From: Octopus sinensis
Lineage: Eukaryota
Direction: 5' to 3'
DNA: 64,000 nucleotides
Assembly: GCF_006345805.1 (NCBI RefSeq)
Contig: NW_021832565.1
Location: 124,001 to 188,000, forward strand
In this document: positions 1 to 12,832 of the stretch, one piece after another
Numbering within the stretch: position 1 is the first letter of the stretch
Layout of the letters: every line of letters begins with the position of its first letter
Translations under genes and position numbers: made by a program
Notes under the pieces: generated by a model
Database searches by the model: none
What the model was told of the DNA's origin: nothing
The model's input: only the letters and a program-made list of their open reading frames with translations

Positions 1-65
1 ATTCAAATATAATCACAAGAGTAGTACCCTCTGCATTTCGGACTATTCTATCCAATGTAAAAGGA

Positions 66-390
66 TAAAGAGTAAAATACCCCTTTGGGGTTATGAATGA
101 CCATAAGATTGCACCTAGTAAGTTACCCTCCAAGGCACTAGTCTGTGCCAGATTGTTTATGGAAGACCTGCAGTCACCCATGCATATCAGCCTCCCATGT
201 TGTCCAAGGGAAAAGCAAAGACTGATACGGCTTGTTCACCAGTGACATCACAACTCATTGCTACAGCTAAGTGAAATGGAGCAATATGAAATAAAGTATC
301 TTGCTCAAGAACACAACACACAGCCTGGTCCAGGAATCGAACTCACTACCTCATGACTGTGAGACCAACACTCTAGCCACTGAGCCATGC
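66..390 (-). mobile_element. tRNA-derived SINE, family A (long-tail subfamily)
   Basis: Minus strand begins GCATGGCTCAGTGGCTAGAGTG...GAGTTCGATTCCTGG (A/B-box-like), then GTGTTCTTGAGCAAGATACTT; same body at 23752-24094 and 55795-56130. Confidence 0.85.
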
Positions 391-569
391 AATGTAATGC
401 TTATTTATTCACATTTTTTTAATCAATCATTCATTAACTCATGATGTAATTGTTTATATTTACAATGACATTATAGGGTAGGTGTGAGAAGTCAGATCTG
501 GCTGGTGTGAACATTATACAGGTAGAATGTTTTGGCCGGATATGGCCAGTTTAAATGCTGAAAAGTTAA
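391..569. mobile_element. Partial TTAA-flanked (piggyBac-type) MITE, left end lost
   Basis: Body matches 24872-25099 and 56346-56560; ends AATGCTGAAAAGTTAA like the right TIR+TTAA. Confidence 0.7.
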
Positions 570-735
570 GCAATGAAGTGAATATCCTTCACTCACTACA
601 AGTTAGTTTTGTTTAAATAATTGGATCAAAACATTTTTACCTTTTTTATACATAGTTAACAATTAAAATGCCTCATTCATATTGTTGCCAGCAGTATGGT
701 ATATAATCTGCTTATTCAGAGATATATTAATTGTT

Positions 736-2150
736 ATTGTCATCATCATCGTCGCCGCCGTTGTCATCATCTCACCAGCCTCATCCTTGTCATCATCATC
801 TTTTACTTCATTATCATCATCATCATCACATCATCATCTCTTCTTTTCCTTCCTCTCTTCCCTCTTCTTCTTCTTCTTCTCTACCCTTCCCCCTTCTCTA
901 CCACTTCTTCTCCTTCTCTCGCCCTCCTCTTTTCTCTTCTAACTCCACTCTCCTCCTTCATCTTCTTCTTCTTCTTCTTCTTCTACTACAGAGAGAGGGA
1001 GATAGATACATAATTTAACTTTCACTTTTCCTTTTTACCTTCAATTCTTTGTCCCCCCCCCATTTCTTTCCTCTACATCACGTTAATTTATTTCTTTACA
1101 TCTTACCCTTTCTTTTCTCTATTCTCACTTATTCTTTCTTTTCATCTTCTTCTTCCTGTATTCTTCAAACATCTGTGATTTCCTTCTTTTTCCCTTCACT
1201 GGAGATTTTACTCTCTCCTCAATTTTCTTCCTTGTAAATGCTATATTTCTGATGTCCTCACTTCCTAGATCTCCCCAACTCTAGTTCTTTCTCTTTCTCT
1301 CTGTATCTATCCCCTCTGTCTGTATTTATCCCTCTCTCTCTCTCTCTGTATCTCTCCACATTTCTATCATTCCTTCTTTCTCAGTATTTATGTCCCTCTC
1401 TCTGTATCTATCCCTTTCTCTCTGTGTCTATCACCCTCTCTCTCTCTCTCTCTCTCTCTGTATCTATCCCCCTCTCTCCGTATCTATCCCTCTCTCCTCT
1501 CCCTGTATCTCACCCCCTCTCTCTGAATCTCAACCCACTCTCTGTTTCCCTCCCCTTTCTCTCTGTATTCATCCCCCTCTTTGTATCTCACCCCCTCTCT
1601 AGTAGCCATCTCCCTCTCTCTATATCTACCCTCTCTCTCTCTCTCTGTATCTCTTCCCTCTTTCTATATCTACCCCCTCTCTTTGTATCTCTCCCTCTCT
1701 CTCTGTAGCTTGCCTGTCTCTGTATCTATTTCTCTCTCCCTCTCTCTGTATTTAGCCCGTCTTTCTCTCCCTCTCCCTCCTCTCTCTCTTCCCATATGAC
1801 TTCTGATTCTGTTTCTTCCTTCAGACCCTTTCTCAGCCTCTCCTCTTCTACTCCTTAAATCCATGGTCTCCCTCTACCTTCCACACTAATATATTTTGGC
1901 TCTCTTTAAATGGCATCTGATTTTCTTTGCTACCTCACTTCATCCACATGCTTCTCCTCTCCTTGCTCATCTTCCACTACCCCTTCTTTTTCTTCCTCTT
2001 TATTTTCATCTGTTATCCTCTACCCTTTGATTGTTAATCAGCTTTCTCTCTCTCTCCCTCTCCTTCTTTATCTATTTTCTCCCCCTCTCACTCTCTCACA
2101 TTCTCTTGCTCTATCTCCCTCTCCTATTTATTCATTTATTTATCTATTTT
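736..2150. repeat. Compound low-complexity tract: (CAT)n/(CTT)n then (CT)n with ~20-24 bp TGTATCTATCCCCCTCTCTC-type units
   Basis: Direct reading; explains the Ser/Leu/His-rich ORFs in the track. Confidence 0.9.
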
Positions 2151-2640
2151 TACTTTACTGACAAAGTGACCAAGTGAGTTATATCCCTTGAGTTAACACT
2201 GGTCAGCGGTTAGGTCCAAGTGGCTGAAATAGCAGTCAGTGACTGGACAATGTCATACTATTTATATTTGTTCAGTAAATTTAAAATATTTTAGTAACTA
2301 ACATATTAAAACATATAGTAAGTCTTATTGTTTTTTCAACACAATCCAGGATATCTTGAAATTAAAATTTTAAATATATTTCCTAGTTTTAAAATTTAAG
2401 GGTTAATTTTTTAAAAATTTCATTTAAAGGTATAATATTTTTGTACCAAATATGAGGAATCTGGTTTTTGGAATACAAGATGATTAATTCTTTTATTCTT
2501 TTATTTATTTCAGCCAGTTGACTGTGGCCATGCTGGAGCATTTTATTTCAGTAAGAATTTCATTTAGTAACAAGCACATTAAAACATAATATAGTTAGTC
2601 TTAATGTTTCAAATAATTTCCAACATAATCCAGAATATTT

Positions 2641-3040
2641 TACTCTCTGTCTTTTTACTCTTTTACTTGTTCCAGTCATTTGACTGTGGCCACACTGGAG
2701 CACCACCTTTAGTCGAGCAAATCGACCCCAGGACTTATTCTTTGTAAGCCTAGTACTTATTCTATCGGCCCCTTTTGCTGAACCGCTAAGTTATGGTGAT
2801 GTAAACACACCAGCATCGGTTGTCAAGTGACACACATACATATATACACACACATATATATATATACATATATACGACAGGCTTCTTTCAGTTTCCATCT
2901 AACAAATCCACTCTCAAGGCTTTGGTTGACCCTAGGCTATAAGTAGATGACACTTGCCCAAAGTGACACACAGTGGGACTGAACCCGGAACTTTGTGGCT
3001 GGTAAACAAGCTACTTACCACACAGCCACTCCTATGCCTA
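2641..3040 (-). mobile_element. tRNA-derived SINE, family B
   Basis: Minus-strand head GGCATAGGAGTGGCTGTGTGGTAAGTAGCTTG...GGGTTCAGTCCC, internal (TA/TG)n, tail ...GACTGGAACAAGTAAAAGAGTAAA; many copies in the window. Confidence 0.9.
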
Positions 3041-3387
3041 TTGTGAAATTAAAATTTTAAATATATTTCCTAGTTTTAAAATTTAACTGTTAATTTTTTA
3101 AAATTCCATTTAATGGTATTATATTTTTGTATCAGATATCAGGAATCTGGTTTTTGAAACACAGGGTGATAAATGATATCTTTTTTCATCTTTAAGTTAG
3201 AATTTTACATCATCCTTTTCTCAATAACATTATTATATACTACTTATGTTTTAAAAATCTCTATATAAATGATTAATTACTTGTAAATCTTAATGATATG
3301 ATAGTGAAATAGAAACTGAGTAGGGGAAAGAAACTAACAATATATTGCATATTCAGTAACACATACATATATATCTTTTATCTATTA

Positions 3388-3768
3388 TCATTTACTTGTT
3401 TCAGTCATGAGACTGTGGCCATGCTGGGGAACCTCCTTGAACAATTTTTAGTTGAAAGAACTGAACCTTGTAAGTACATATTTATTTTAAGCTTGGTACT
3501 TATTCCATAAGTCACTTTTCCTGAATGACTAAGCTCCAGGGAACCTGATCACACCAACACTAGTTCTCAAGCAGACAAGGGGCGAATGCACACACATATG
3601 CTCAATGCCCATCTTTCAGTTTCTATCTACCAAATCCACTCACAAGGCTTTAGTCAGCCAAGGCTATATAGCAGAAGACTCTTACTCAAGGTGTCATACA
3701 GTGGGACTGAACTCAGAACCATGTAATTGGGAAGCAAGCTTCTTATCACACAGCCATGCTTGTGCCTA
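3388..3768 (-). mobile_element. SINE family B, diverged
   Basis: Same head, body and tail as 7243-7680 with many substitutions. Confidence 0.8.
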
Positions 3769-4062
3769 TATAATAACAAATATTAGAGATATTGTTGAAT
3801 ATAATTATTACATCATCATTAAGAATTAAATTACTAATGAGAACTGACAGTAAAATATTCCCAAATTTTATCAAAACTATAGTGATATTAATGCTATGGT
3901 AACAAAAATATTACAGAAAATACAAGCGTCATAAATTATATACATATATCTACAAGCATGTGTTTATTGTTTGTGTATATACGTACACACATGCATACAT
4001 ATATATGTTTTTGTGTATCTATATATATATAAAAACATATAGGTATGTGTTTATATCAAGTA

Positions 4063-4096
<34 letters not shown>

Positions 4097-4522
4097 GCAT
4101 ACATATATAGATAGATTGATATAGATGAATATGCATATGTATAAACATATATATATAACATATATATATCATCATTTAACATCCCCTGTAAACAGCTTTC
4201 TCTCTATGTATATGTGTGCATGTGTATATACATATACATGCATATATACATACATTTATACCTATATATATATACATATACATATATAGAGTAAGCACAT
4301 AAATATGAAACAAGGTGGAAAAAATAGTACTTAAATACCAGAGGTAGAGTAATATGCTTTATTAAAAAGCAGCAAAAGTCACAAAAACTGTCCAATGAAA
4401 GAGAACATGAAACTCTGAGTAACAGCTTTTGTGATATTTTTGCTGCTTTTCAATAAAGTACATATAAACACACAGTACACACACACACACGAATATATAT
4501 GCTTATATAATTATGCATGTTT

Positions 4523-4555
<33 letters not shown>

Positions 4556-4740
4556 TATACACTTATCTGACTGAGTGGACAAACGAAAGATAGAGGTGCT
4601 CAACACATCTGTTTGAAGTTACATATATCATTATTAAATAAATGTAATAATAACATTTTTATTTGACTCTTCATGAGCTAGGTTTGTAAGATGAGGTTGC
4701 AAAACTTTAAGTTGCATGAAGCCAAATCAGCCTATTATTA

Positions 4741-4813
4741 AATAATAACAACAACAACAACAATAATAATAATAATAATAATGATAATAATAATGATAAT
4801 AATAATAATAATG

Positions 4814-4858
<45 letters not shown>

Positions 4859-5409
4859 GTAATAATAATAGTAATAATAATAGTAATAATAATAGTAATA
4901 ACAATGATGATGATGATGATGATATCAACAACAAAAATAATAATAATAATAGTAATAATAATGATGATGATGATATCAACAACAAAAATAACAATAATAA
5001 TAATAATAAAAATAATAATAATAGTAATAATAATAATAATGATGATGATATCAACAACATAAATTACAATAATAATGATAATAATAATAGTAATAATAAT
5101 AATAATGATGATGATATCAACAACATAAATTACAATAATAATGATAATAATAATAGTAATAATAATAATGATGATGATGATATCAACAACAAAAATAACA
5201 ATAATAATAATAATAAAAATAATAATAATAGTAATAATAATAATAATGATGATGATATCAACAACAAAAATAACAACAATAATAATAATAATAGTAATAA
5301 TAATAATAACAATAATGATGATGATATCAACAACAAAAATAACAATAATGATAATAATAATAATAATAGTAGTAATAATAATAATAATGATGATGATGAT
5401 GATATCAAC

Positions 5410-5452
<43 letters not shown>

Positions 5453-5510
5453 GTAATAATAATAATAACATCAAGCACAACAACAATAACAATAATATCA
5501 ACAACAATAG
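4741..5510. repeat. (AAT)n/(GAT)n microsatellite with higher-order units marked by GATATCAACAAC
   Basis: GATATC at 4921, 4972, 5047, 5113, 5179, 5254, 5323, 5401. Confidence 0.95.
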
Positions 5511-5844
5511 TATATACAAGCATATGTGTTTATATATCCCTGCATAAAACTACACATGTCAACTGTCCAATGCATGACAGCATGGAAAAGCAGGATGTTA
5601 AATGATGATGATATATGAATGAAATTACATACAAATGTGTGTATTTGTGTGTTTGTGGGTGTGTGTGTGTGCATGTGTGTATTTGTGCGTGATACGTATA
5701 AATGGATGTAGATATTTGTGCATATATGTGTATCCATATATAATTATATACAAATGTATGTACACACACACACACACATGTATGCATGTATGTATATATG
5801 TGTGTGTATGTGTGTGTGTTTGTGATTGGGTATATGTATATAGG

Positions 5845-5985
5845 ATGTGGTTGTGTGGTAAGAAGTTTCCATCTTTCACACATGGTTCTGGGTTCAAATC
5901 CACTGCATACACCACAGTCACTTTTTTCCTACTATCACTCCAGGCTGATGGCGTGAATTTGGTTAAACACAAACCTAAAGAAGCC
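5845..5985 (+). mobile_element. SINE family B, 5' part only
   Basis: GGTTGTGTGGTAAGAAGTTT...GGGTTCAAATCCACTGC head, then degrades into (TG)n. Confidence 0.7.
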
Positions 5986-6003
5986 CAACATATTTATGTG
6001 TAT

Positions 6004-6046
<43 letters not shown>

Positions 6047-6081
6047 AATATATATATGTATGTATGCATGTGTATATATAT

Positions 6082-6385
6082 CATCATCAGCATCATCATC
6101 GTTTAGCGTCCGCTTTCCATGCTAGCATGGGTTGGACGGTTCAACTGGGGTCTGGGAAGCCAGAAAGCTGAACCAGGCCCAGTCTGATCTGGCAATGTTT
6201 CTACGGCTGGATGCCCTTCCTAACACCAACCACTCCATGAGTGTAGTGGGTGCTTTTTACGTGCCACCGGCACAGGTGCCAGACAAGGCTGGCAAACGGC
6301 CACGATCGGATGGTGCTTTATATGTGCCACCGGCACTGGTATCACAGCTGCAATTTCCATTGATGTTGATCGATTTCGATATATA
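6082..6385 (-). mobile_element. Non-autonomous retroposon family C with (GAT)n tail
   Basis: CATCATCATCGTTTAGCGTCCGCTTTCCATGCTAGCATGGGTTGGAC...GATGCCCTTCCTAAC; the same sequence recurs at least 8 times; the tail resembles RTE-type 3' ends. Confidence 0.85.
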
Positions 6386-6396
6386 TATATATATAT

Positions 6397-6542
6397 ATCA
6401 CAATCAAAGAACGGCCATAATAGGCCATTCACCCACTAGAAATAACAGCCAAAAGCTTCAACCGCAAAATTTTGCGGTTGAAGCTTTTGGCTGTTATTTC
6501 TAGTGGGTGAATGGCCTATTATGGCCGTTCCTTGATTGTGAT
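6397..6542. repeat. 146-bp near-perfect palindrome without spacer
   Basis: 73-bp arms centred on AAAA|TTTT (6469/6470), one mismatch (6408 vs 6531). Confidence 0.95.
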
Positions 6543-6693
6543 GTTGAACTTAAAAATGGTCTATGACTATTTAATTTTTTCCCACTAGGCCGCTGGTGGC
6601 AAAAAAATTCTACAAAATTTTTTGCCACCCTATATTGATTAATTATGAATATATATATATATATATATATAGATATATATATATATATGTATG

Positions 6694-6725
<32 letters not shown>

Positions 6726-7006
6726 GAGAGAGATAGATAGATAGATAGATAGGTAGATAGAGAGATATACATATATGTAATAATAATAATGGATTCTCCT
6801 GTCATCGAAGAAGGGATATAATATATATATCCTGGAAACAGCTGTAAGACCTTCTATCTATAAATGTTCTAAAATCTACACAGCCTTGGTTTTTTATCTC
6901 ATTATGAAAGATATTTTTATATACACACGCTGACATATGACCAACGTTGAACACCTTATTCGCATAATCACCAAACCTGGAACTCAAATATGATACATTT
7001 CCATAC

Positions 7007-7058
<52 letters not shown>

Positions 7059-7242
7059 TTGTGTGTCAGTGTGTGTAAGTTAGACTCTATATTTACTCTA
7101 AGTGATTGGTGCTAATGCACAACACATTTTGTTGCTTTTGGATATTAGGGATTTCAAATTTTTACCATTGTTATTAGTATGTTATCACAAAATTAGCTCA
7201 TCATATTCACGTACATATCCGTACACCTAAATTTTGCAAGTA

Positions 7243-7464
7243 TTACTCTTTTACTCTTTTACTTGTTTCAGTCATTTAACTGCGGCCATGCTGGAGCACC
7301 GCCTTTAATCGAGCAACTCGACCCCAGGACTTATTCTTTTGTAAGCCCAGTACTTATTCTATTGGTCTCCTTTGCCGAACCGCTAAGTAACGGGGAAATA
7401 AACACACCAGCATTGGTTGTCAAGCAATGCTAGGAGGACAAACACAGACACACAAACACACACA

Positions 7465-7514
<50 letters not shown>

Positions 7515-7680
7515 TACGATGGGCTTCTTTCAGTTTCCATCTACCAAATCCACTCACAAGGCTTTGGTCGGCCCGAGGCTACAGTAGAAGACACTTGCCC
7601 AAGGTGCCACGCAGTGGGACTGAACCCGGAACCATGTGATTGGTAAACAAGCTACTTACCACACAGCCACTCCTGCGCCT
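7243..7680 (-). mobile_element. SINE family B, full length, young
   Basis: CpG-retaining copy: minus-strand head AGGCGCAGGAGTGGCTGTGTGGTAAG, internal (TA)n, (AGTAAAAG)n tail. Confidence 0.92.
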
Positions 7681-7704
7681 ATTCTTAACTTTTTTTTAAG
7701 AACT

Positions 7705-9100
7705 CCCACAACACATTTTCAAATGCATTTTTGTCTTAACAAAATACTTATATACAGGTATTGTTCCAGCTCTACACACTTCTTCTGGCACTGTCTTACC
7801 ATATTAGCAACGACCAGTTCACCAAGGAAACCACATTTACTTTCATGCAGATGATTGTTGGTGGTGAAATGGTTATTAATGTAATTTAGGAATATTCTCA
7901 CCAAGAGTTTGCCATCGTTCTACATGAGGAAAATGCTTCTAGCTTTTGTATAACTATCACCTTTGTTCTTGTATATAAAACTGAATATTTGTAACATACT
8001 TGAACTCCTGTGGAGTATTGCCCACTGATCACACAAAAATAGTCAGCACAGTTAGTTTTTCAGTGTGCATTGCACCACCCTATGGGACATTCAGCAATAA
8101 TTATGTCAGCACCTGGTGCCTTATTACAGTACAGTCACCTTATAACAGAATTGGTCTCAAAAGAGTTAGGAACTTCACTAAGAGCCAGATTGATGAGAAT
8201 CTGCCCCAGATTGTCAATAGATTTCTTGTTTATGCCTGATAATTTTTCTTTTTCAGAGTATTTTGAAGGGAAAGTTTTCAGCCCATCGGTCATTCATATA
8301 TTGCTTCTTTGCTTGTGATATGTATACTCCCGTCTGCTGTAAGAATAGATAAAACACCCTCAGAAGTTGGGACATAAAATCGTAGTCTTTTTCTTTTGCA
8401 TTATTTCTGGCTTCTTAACAAACATTTCTGCCTTCTTAACTCATTCTTGAAGCCAGTTATTTTTCATGATCCTAAATTTTTTTCCTGGTGTACCCTTCTA
8501 CATGAGTGCACAGCATGAGCTTTTGACAGTAAGTTTGAGTTACTTCTAACAACATTGATAAACTTATTCTTCATGTAAAGAAGCCCCTGGATTTCATTTT
8601 TATTTTCATCTGACAAATCCTGGTACTGTCTACATTGATGGTCAAGAATGTCAGCTGCAAAGGTTTAGGGATACTCTTTTAAAGTCATTCATTTCCCTAT
8701 TAGCCTTTTCTTTATAACTCTTGCTCAGGATTCCTTATCTCACAATTACCCTTCTCTTATGACTTTCACAGTTATATGTTACATGTGTGACTAAGTATAG
8801 TAGTGAACTTCTTCTCCTTATGTTAGAGATGCCACAAGATTTAGTCAAACCTCTCCAATACACCATTTTCCCACCTCTCTCTTATTACTCTAGCTCTCTA
8901 ACCTATCTTGAGGCATATAGATAAGCTATCTTATCAGACCTGCATGTACTCCACAAACTCAACTTTATACTTCTCACTGGGCATTTGGTAGTGATATTCA
9001 TCCGGCACTCTCTCTCTTTATCCATGTCATCATTCTCTATCCTCTTTATTCCTGGGGCCACAATAAGTCATACTCAGTATATTCTGTTAAATTAAGTGTT
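7705..9100 (-). mobile_element. Decayed RTE-clade LINE (linker and N-terminal RT region)
   Basis: Minus-strand peptides LTADGSIHITSKEAI, NKAPGADIIIAE, PQEFKYV, HESKCGF and RQCQKKCVELEQYLY match RTE ORF motifs (LSADGSTLLTDKEAI, GKAPGADGIPAE, PQEFKDA, PESQCGFR, RQLQEKCREQN); stops and frameshifts throughout. Upper boundary uncertain. Confidence 0.85.
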
Positions 9101-9219
9101 AGGAGGAGTCTTTAGTCTTGTAGAAGACATGACAATCTTTCTCTCATGCTCTGTACACTGTTGTATGTGAGTATGTATAAGTGCATATGCGTGTGTGTGT
9201 ATGTATGTGTATGTATATA

Positions 9220-9255
<36 letters not shown>

Positions 9256-9291
9256 TGTATGTATGTATGTATGTATGTGTGTGTATATATA

Positions 9292-9333
<42 letters not shown>

Positions 9334-9337
<4 letters not shown>

Positions 9338-10176
9338 GTCTGATCAATAAGTATCCGGACTGTTGCCTTAGTAATGTAACTAAGATATGCAGTGTGAAGC
9401 CGCTTGGTACAGATTAATCTTGAATTCTGCTGTGCAAGCACACTAGGTCTTAACGTTCTAGTTCACTTCCATTGCTTTCAACAGTGCTTGGGAGGAAGAT
9501 GTGGGATTGTCGCATTGACCATGGCAGAGAAAGTTCTCATGGTGATACCCGCTGAGTGGCAGAAAGTGCATGTAGAGGAATGTATAAGCTGCACATAAGT
9601 GTACAAGTGGTTCAGATGTTTCCAAGATGGCCAAAAAAATGTTGATATTGAAGAGCGTTCAGGGAAACTTGCAACCAGCAGAACTGAGAAAATCATCACA
9701 GATGTGCATGCAGCTGTGAGGGGAATTCGTTGAATCACCATCTTTGAGTTATTAGAGGATGTGCAGATTAGTTACAGTTCAGTCCATTATCACTGAAGAT
9801 TTGGGTATGAGATGCATGTCTGCCAATTTTGTGCCAAAACTGCTTTCAGCTGACCAAAAAGACATTCGGGTTTCAGTTGCACAGGATCTCCTTGACTGAG
9901 TCAAGAATGATGAAAACTTTCCGAAAACTTTGCACAGGCCTCTGAGCAGGTATTGCCAAACCTTTGGAAGATTCTCTGCTCAACATTCTCTGTCATGGTC
10001 AATGTGACGATCACATGCTACAGACCTTCATTCCAAGCTCTGCTGTAAACAGCAGAAGTGAGTTAGAACGTTTAAACTTAGTCTACATGCACAGCAGAGT
10101 TCAAGATCAATCTGTACTAAGTGGCTTTACTCTGTGTACTATAGCAACAGTCCGTATACTTATTGATCAGACCATG
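9334..10176 (+). mobile_element. Internally deleted mariner (Tc1/mariner) element, 843 bp
   Basis: 33-bp TIRs (TGAGGTCTGATCAATAAGTATCCGGACTGTTGC / GCAACAGTCCGTATACTTATTGATCAGACCATG) flanked by TA. Transposase N-terminal remnant VYKWFRCFQDGQKNVDIEERSGK...EDLGMRCMSANFVPKLLSADQK (WVPHEL-type motif); catalytic domain absent. Confidence 0.9.
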
Positions 10177-10844
10177 TATATATATATACCCACACACACA
10201 TACATACACACCCATATGTGCGTCTACACAACCATATGAATATAATTCTTTCTGTGTGTGTGTGTGTATGCCTATGTGTGTGTGTGTGTGTGTGTGTTGC
10301 ATGCATATGTATGTATGGACATATATATATATCATCACCATTTAAGCAGATGCTAAATGATGATGATGATATATGTATATATTATATACACACACACACA
10401 CACATACATACATACATACATACACACATACAAGTTGATATAAAATTCATTAACATTGTAATGCATCATCATATATTCATATGTATATATGTATATTTAT
10501 TGATAAATCCCACTTCCTTGCACATGCATTTGAACAGAGATGTGGTATACATTAATATACACCAAATCTGTGTAAATACATGTGACCGTTCCTGAGACAT
10601 CGAAGGCGGTGAAACAGTTGCTTTTAGTCTTTATTAGAAAATTTATAGATAGAAATTTTTAAATCTTGTTTTGATTTATACTCTGTAGACTTATTTAATA
10701 CAACCTGCACTTGACAGCTTATTTTATCAGATTCAAGCAGGTGGAAGGATCTTGTATCTCTTACAACAGTGTTCTGTAACCAAAGACCCAAGTGTCTATA
10801 GGTTATGTCTAAGGCGTGTATGTGAAATGAAAATTTATGATCAC

Positions 10845-11385
10845 TGAAAGAAAGCGAGAGAGAGAGTGAGGTAAACGGAGAGAGAAGGGGGGGAAGAAAG
10901 AGAGAGAGAGAGAGAGAGATGAATGGAAAGAAGCAGAGAGTAAAAGTCAAACATAGACAGACATAAATATATAGGAGGGCTGAGAAAGAGAGAGAGAGAG
11001 AGAGAGAGACGAAAAGAGACAGAGAATGTGAGCAGTGCAACCACAGAATAAGTGTAAAGTGAGGGAGAACACAAATACAGAGTAAGTATAGAAAGAAAGA
11101 GAAACAAAGAGAGAGAGAGGGGGGTGCAAGCTTAAACTGGCAAAGAGAGATAAAGTAAGATAAACAAGAAATGGAGGATGAAAGTGAGGACAGGCTAACA
11201 GTGATATAGAAAGCGAGATTAAGATATATAGAGAAACAAAGGAAGAGTGAGGGAGAGGGGAGAGAGAGAGCAACAGAGATAGAGACCAAAGAGAGAGAGA
11301 GAGACACACACACAGAACAGAAAGAGAGAAAGAGATAGAGAGAGAGACACAGAGAGAGCGGAAGAGAGAGAGAGAGAGAAAGATA
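10845..11385. repeat. (AG)n-rich low-complexity tract
   Basis: Direct reading; source of the long Ser/Leu ORFs on the minus strand. Confidence 0.9.
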
Positions 11386-11929
11386 ATGGGAGATCCTAAA
11401 AGAAAATATTTTGCATACATAACACATAAAACATTGTTCTTACAATGAAGAGCAGTCACCTAACAGGAAATATGGTAAGCTGTGTTGTAGTATTAAAAAC
11501 GTTGAGGAACTAACTGTTCCTTGGTCTCAGAAAGCCAAGTTCTCAAATCCAGAAACTTTACAGCCTCAACATACTACTTTGTTGCTACATTAAGAACGAA
11601 GAAATTTCTAAAATAAATTGACACTGAATATTTGTGGACATTTTGCCATGTATGAGAACGTTTCAACCATCATCTAGTGATCCATGAATTCCCTTTTTAT
11701 CTGATACACCTAAATCACTGGGTCTTAACCTAGGTCTATATGATCCCTGGGGGTCCATATAAGATTTTTTAGGGCGTGGTCCACACAAGCATAATAGTAG
11801 ATTGGGGATTCACAATAGTATTATAAGGGTCCATGAAAAAATTGCATTAAATAGATTTCTTTCTCTAAAGTTTTATATTGTTTAGCATGTTTATGGTTAC
11901 TGAAGCATGTTCCCTCAGAGAGTGCTAGT

Positions 11930-12188
11930 GTGGAGGTATGTGGTTTGGTGGTGAGGGTGTTAGACTCATGATTGTAAGATTGTGGTTTTGATTCCTGGAC
12001 CAGGCAACATGTTGTGTTCTTGAGCAAAATACTTCATTTCACATTACTCCAATCCACTCAGCTGGCAAAAATGAGTAATACTGTAATGTACTGGTGTCCC
12101 ATCCAGGTGAGGGAATATATACACCATGGAACCAGGGAATCAGCCTTTATGAGTCAGCATGACTCAAGAAAGTAAACTTTACGTTTTT
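11930..12188 (+). mobile_element. SINE family A (short-tail subfamily)
   Basis: GTGGAGGTATGTGGTTTGGTGG...TTTTGATTCCTGGACC...GTGTTCTTGAGCAAAATACTTC; same body as 56664-56905. Confidence 0.85.
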
Positions 12189-12689
12189 CTCGAGAGTGCT
12201 TGTGCAAACCCAAATGAGAGAGTGAGTGAGTGAAAAAGATAAATGTAGGAATTTTGAAAGAAGTATTTATAAAACTAGTTTTAAAACATTGAATGGCTCT
12301 GAGGGCCTACCAGAATAAAATAATAATTAAAGAGGCCCATAGGTAACATATGATGTAAACCACTGATCTATGCCAAGCATCTAAAACAACACCAGAAATT
12401 CTCTTTCTCTGTTTCATGCAAAATTGTCACCATCAAGTTGAATACATTGAAAAGCAGGTCTAGAGAGTTTATAGAGTTATAAAGGCAGATGTGGGAGAGT
12501 TGAGGATTGCTGTGTAAAAAGAGGCAAATTAAAAGAAAGGCATCGTCTTGACACTTCGCTAACAAGAAACATTGACAGAAATTCTTCTGGACAGGTAGCA
12601 GTGCTGGATTTGTCATTGGCAAAGGAATGGAGAAGATAAGTATTTAGGGTACTTAGAATATATGTATAAGCACAGACAAGGGTTCCCAA

Positions 12690-12832
12690 GAGGTTGCTTC
12701 TCTACCTCATGGTTCTGAGTTCAGTTTCACAGCATGCCACCTTGAGCAAATGTCTTCTGCTATAGCTCCTGGCCAACCAAATCCATGTGAGTAGATCTGG
12801 TTGATGGAAACTGTAAGATGCCTGTCATATAT
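12690..12832 (+). mobile_element. SINE family B, 5' part
   Basis: GGTTCTGAGTTCAGTTTCACAGCATGCCACCTTGAGCAAATGTCTTC, followed by (TATG)n. Confidence 0.7.

Noticed and set aside
682-2161. Many Ser/Leu/His-rich ORFs
   Set aside because: Translations of (CAT)n, (CTT)n and (CT)n; no splice or homology support.
4707-5605. 261-aa poly-Ile and related ORFs
   Set aside because: Triplet microsatellite read in stop-free frames.
10624-11459. 267-aa and 170-aa minus-strand ORFs
   Set aside because: (CT)n low-complexity artefacts.
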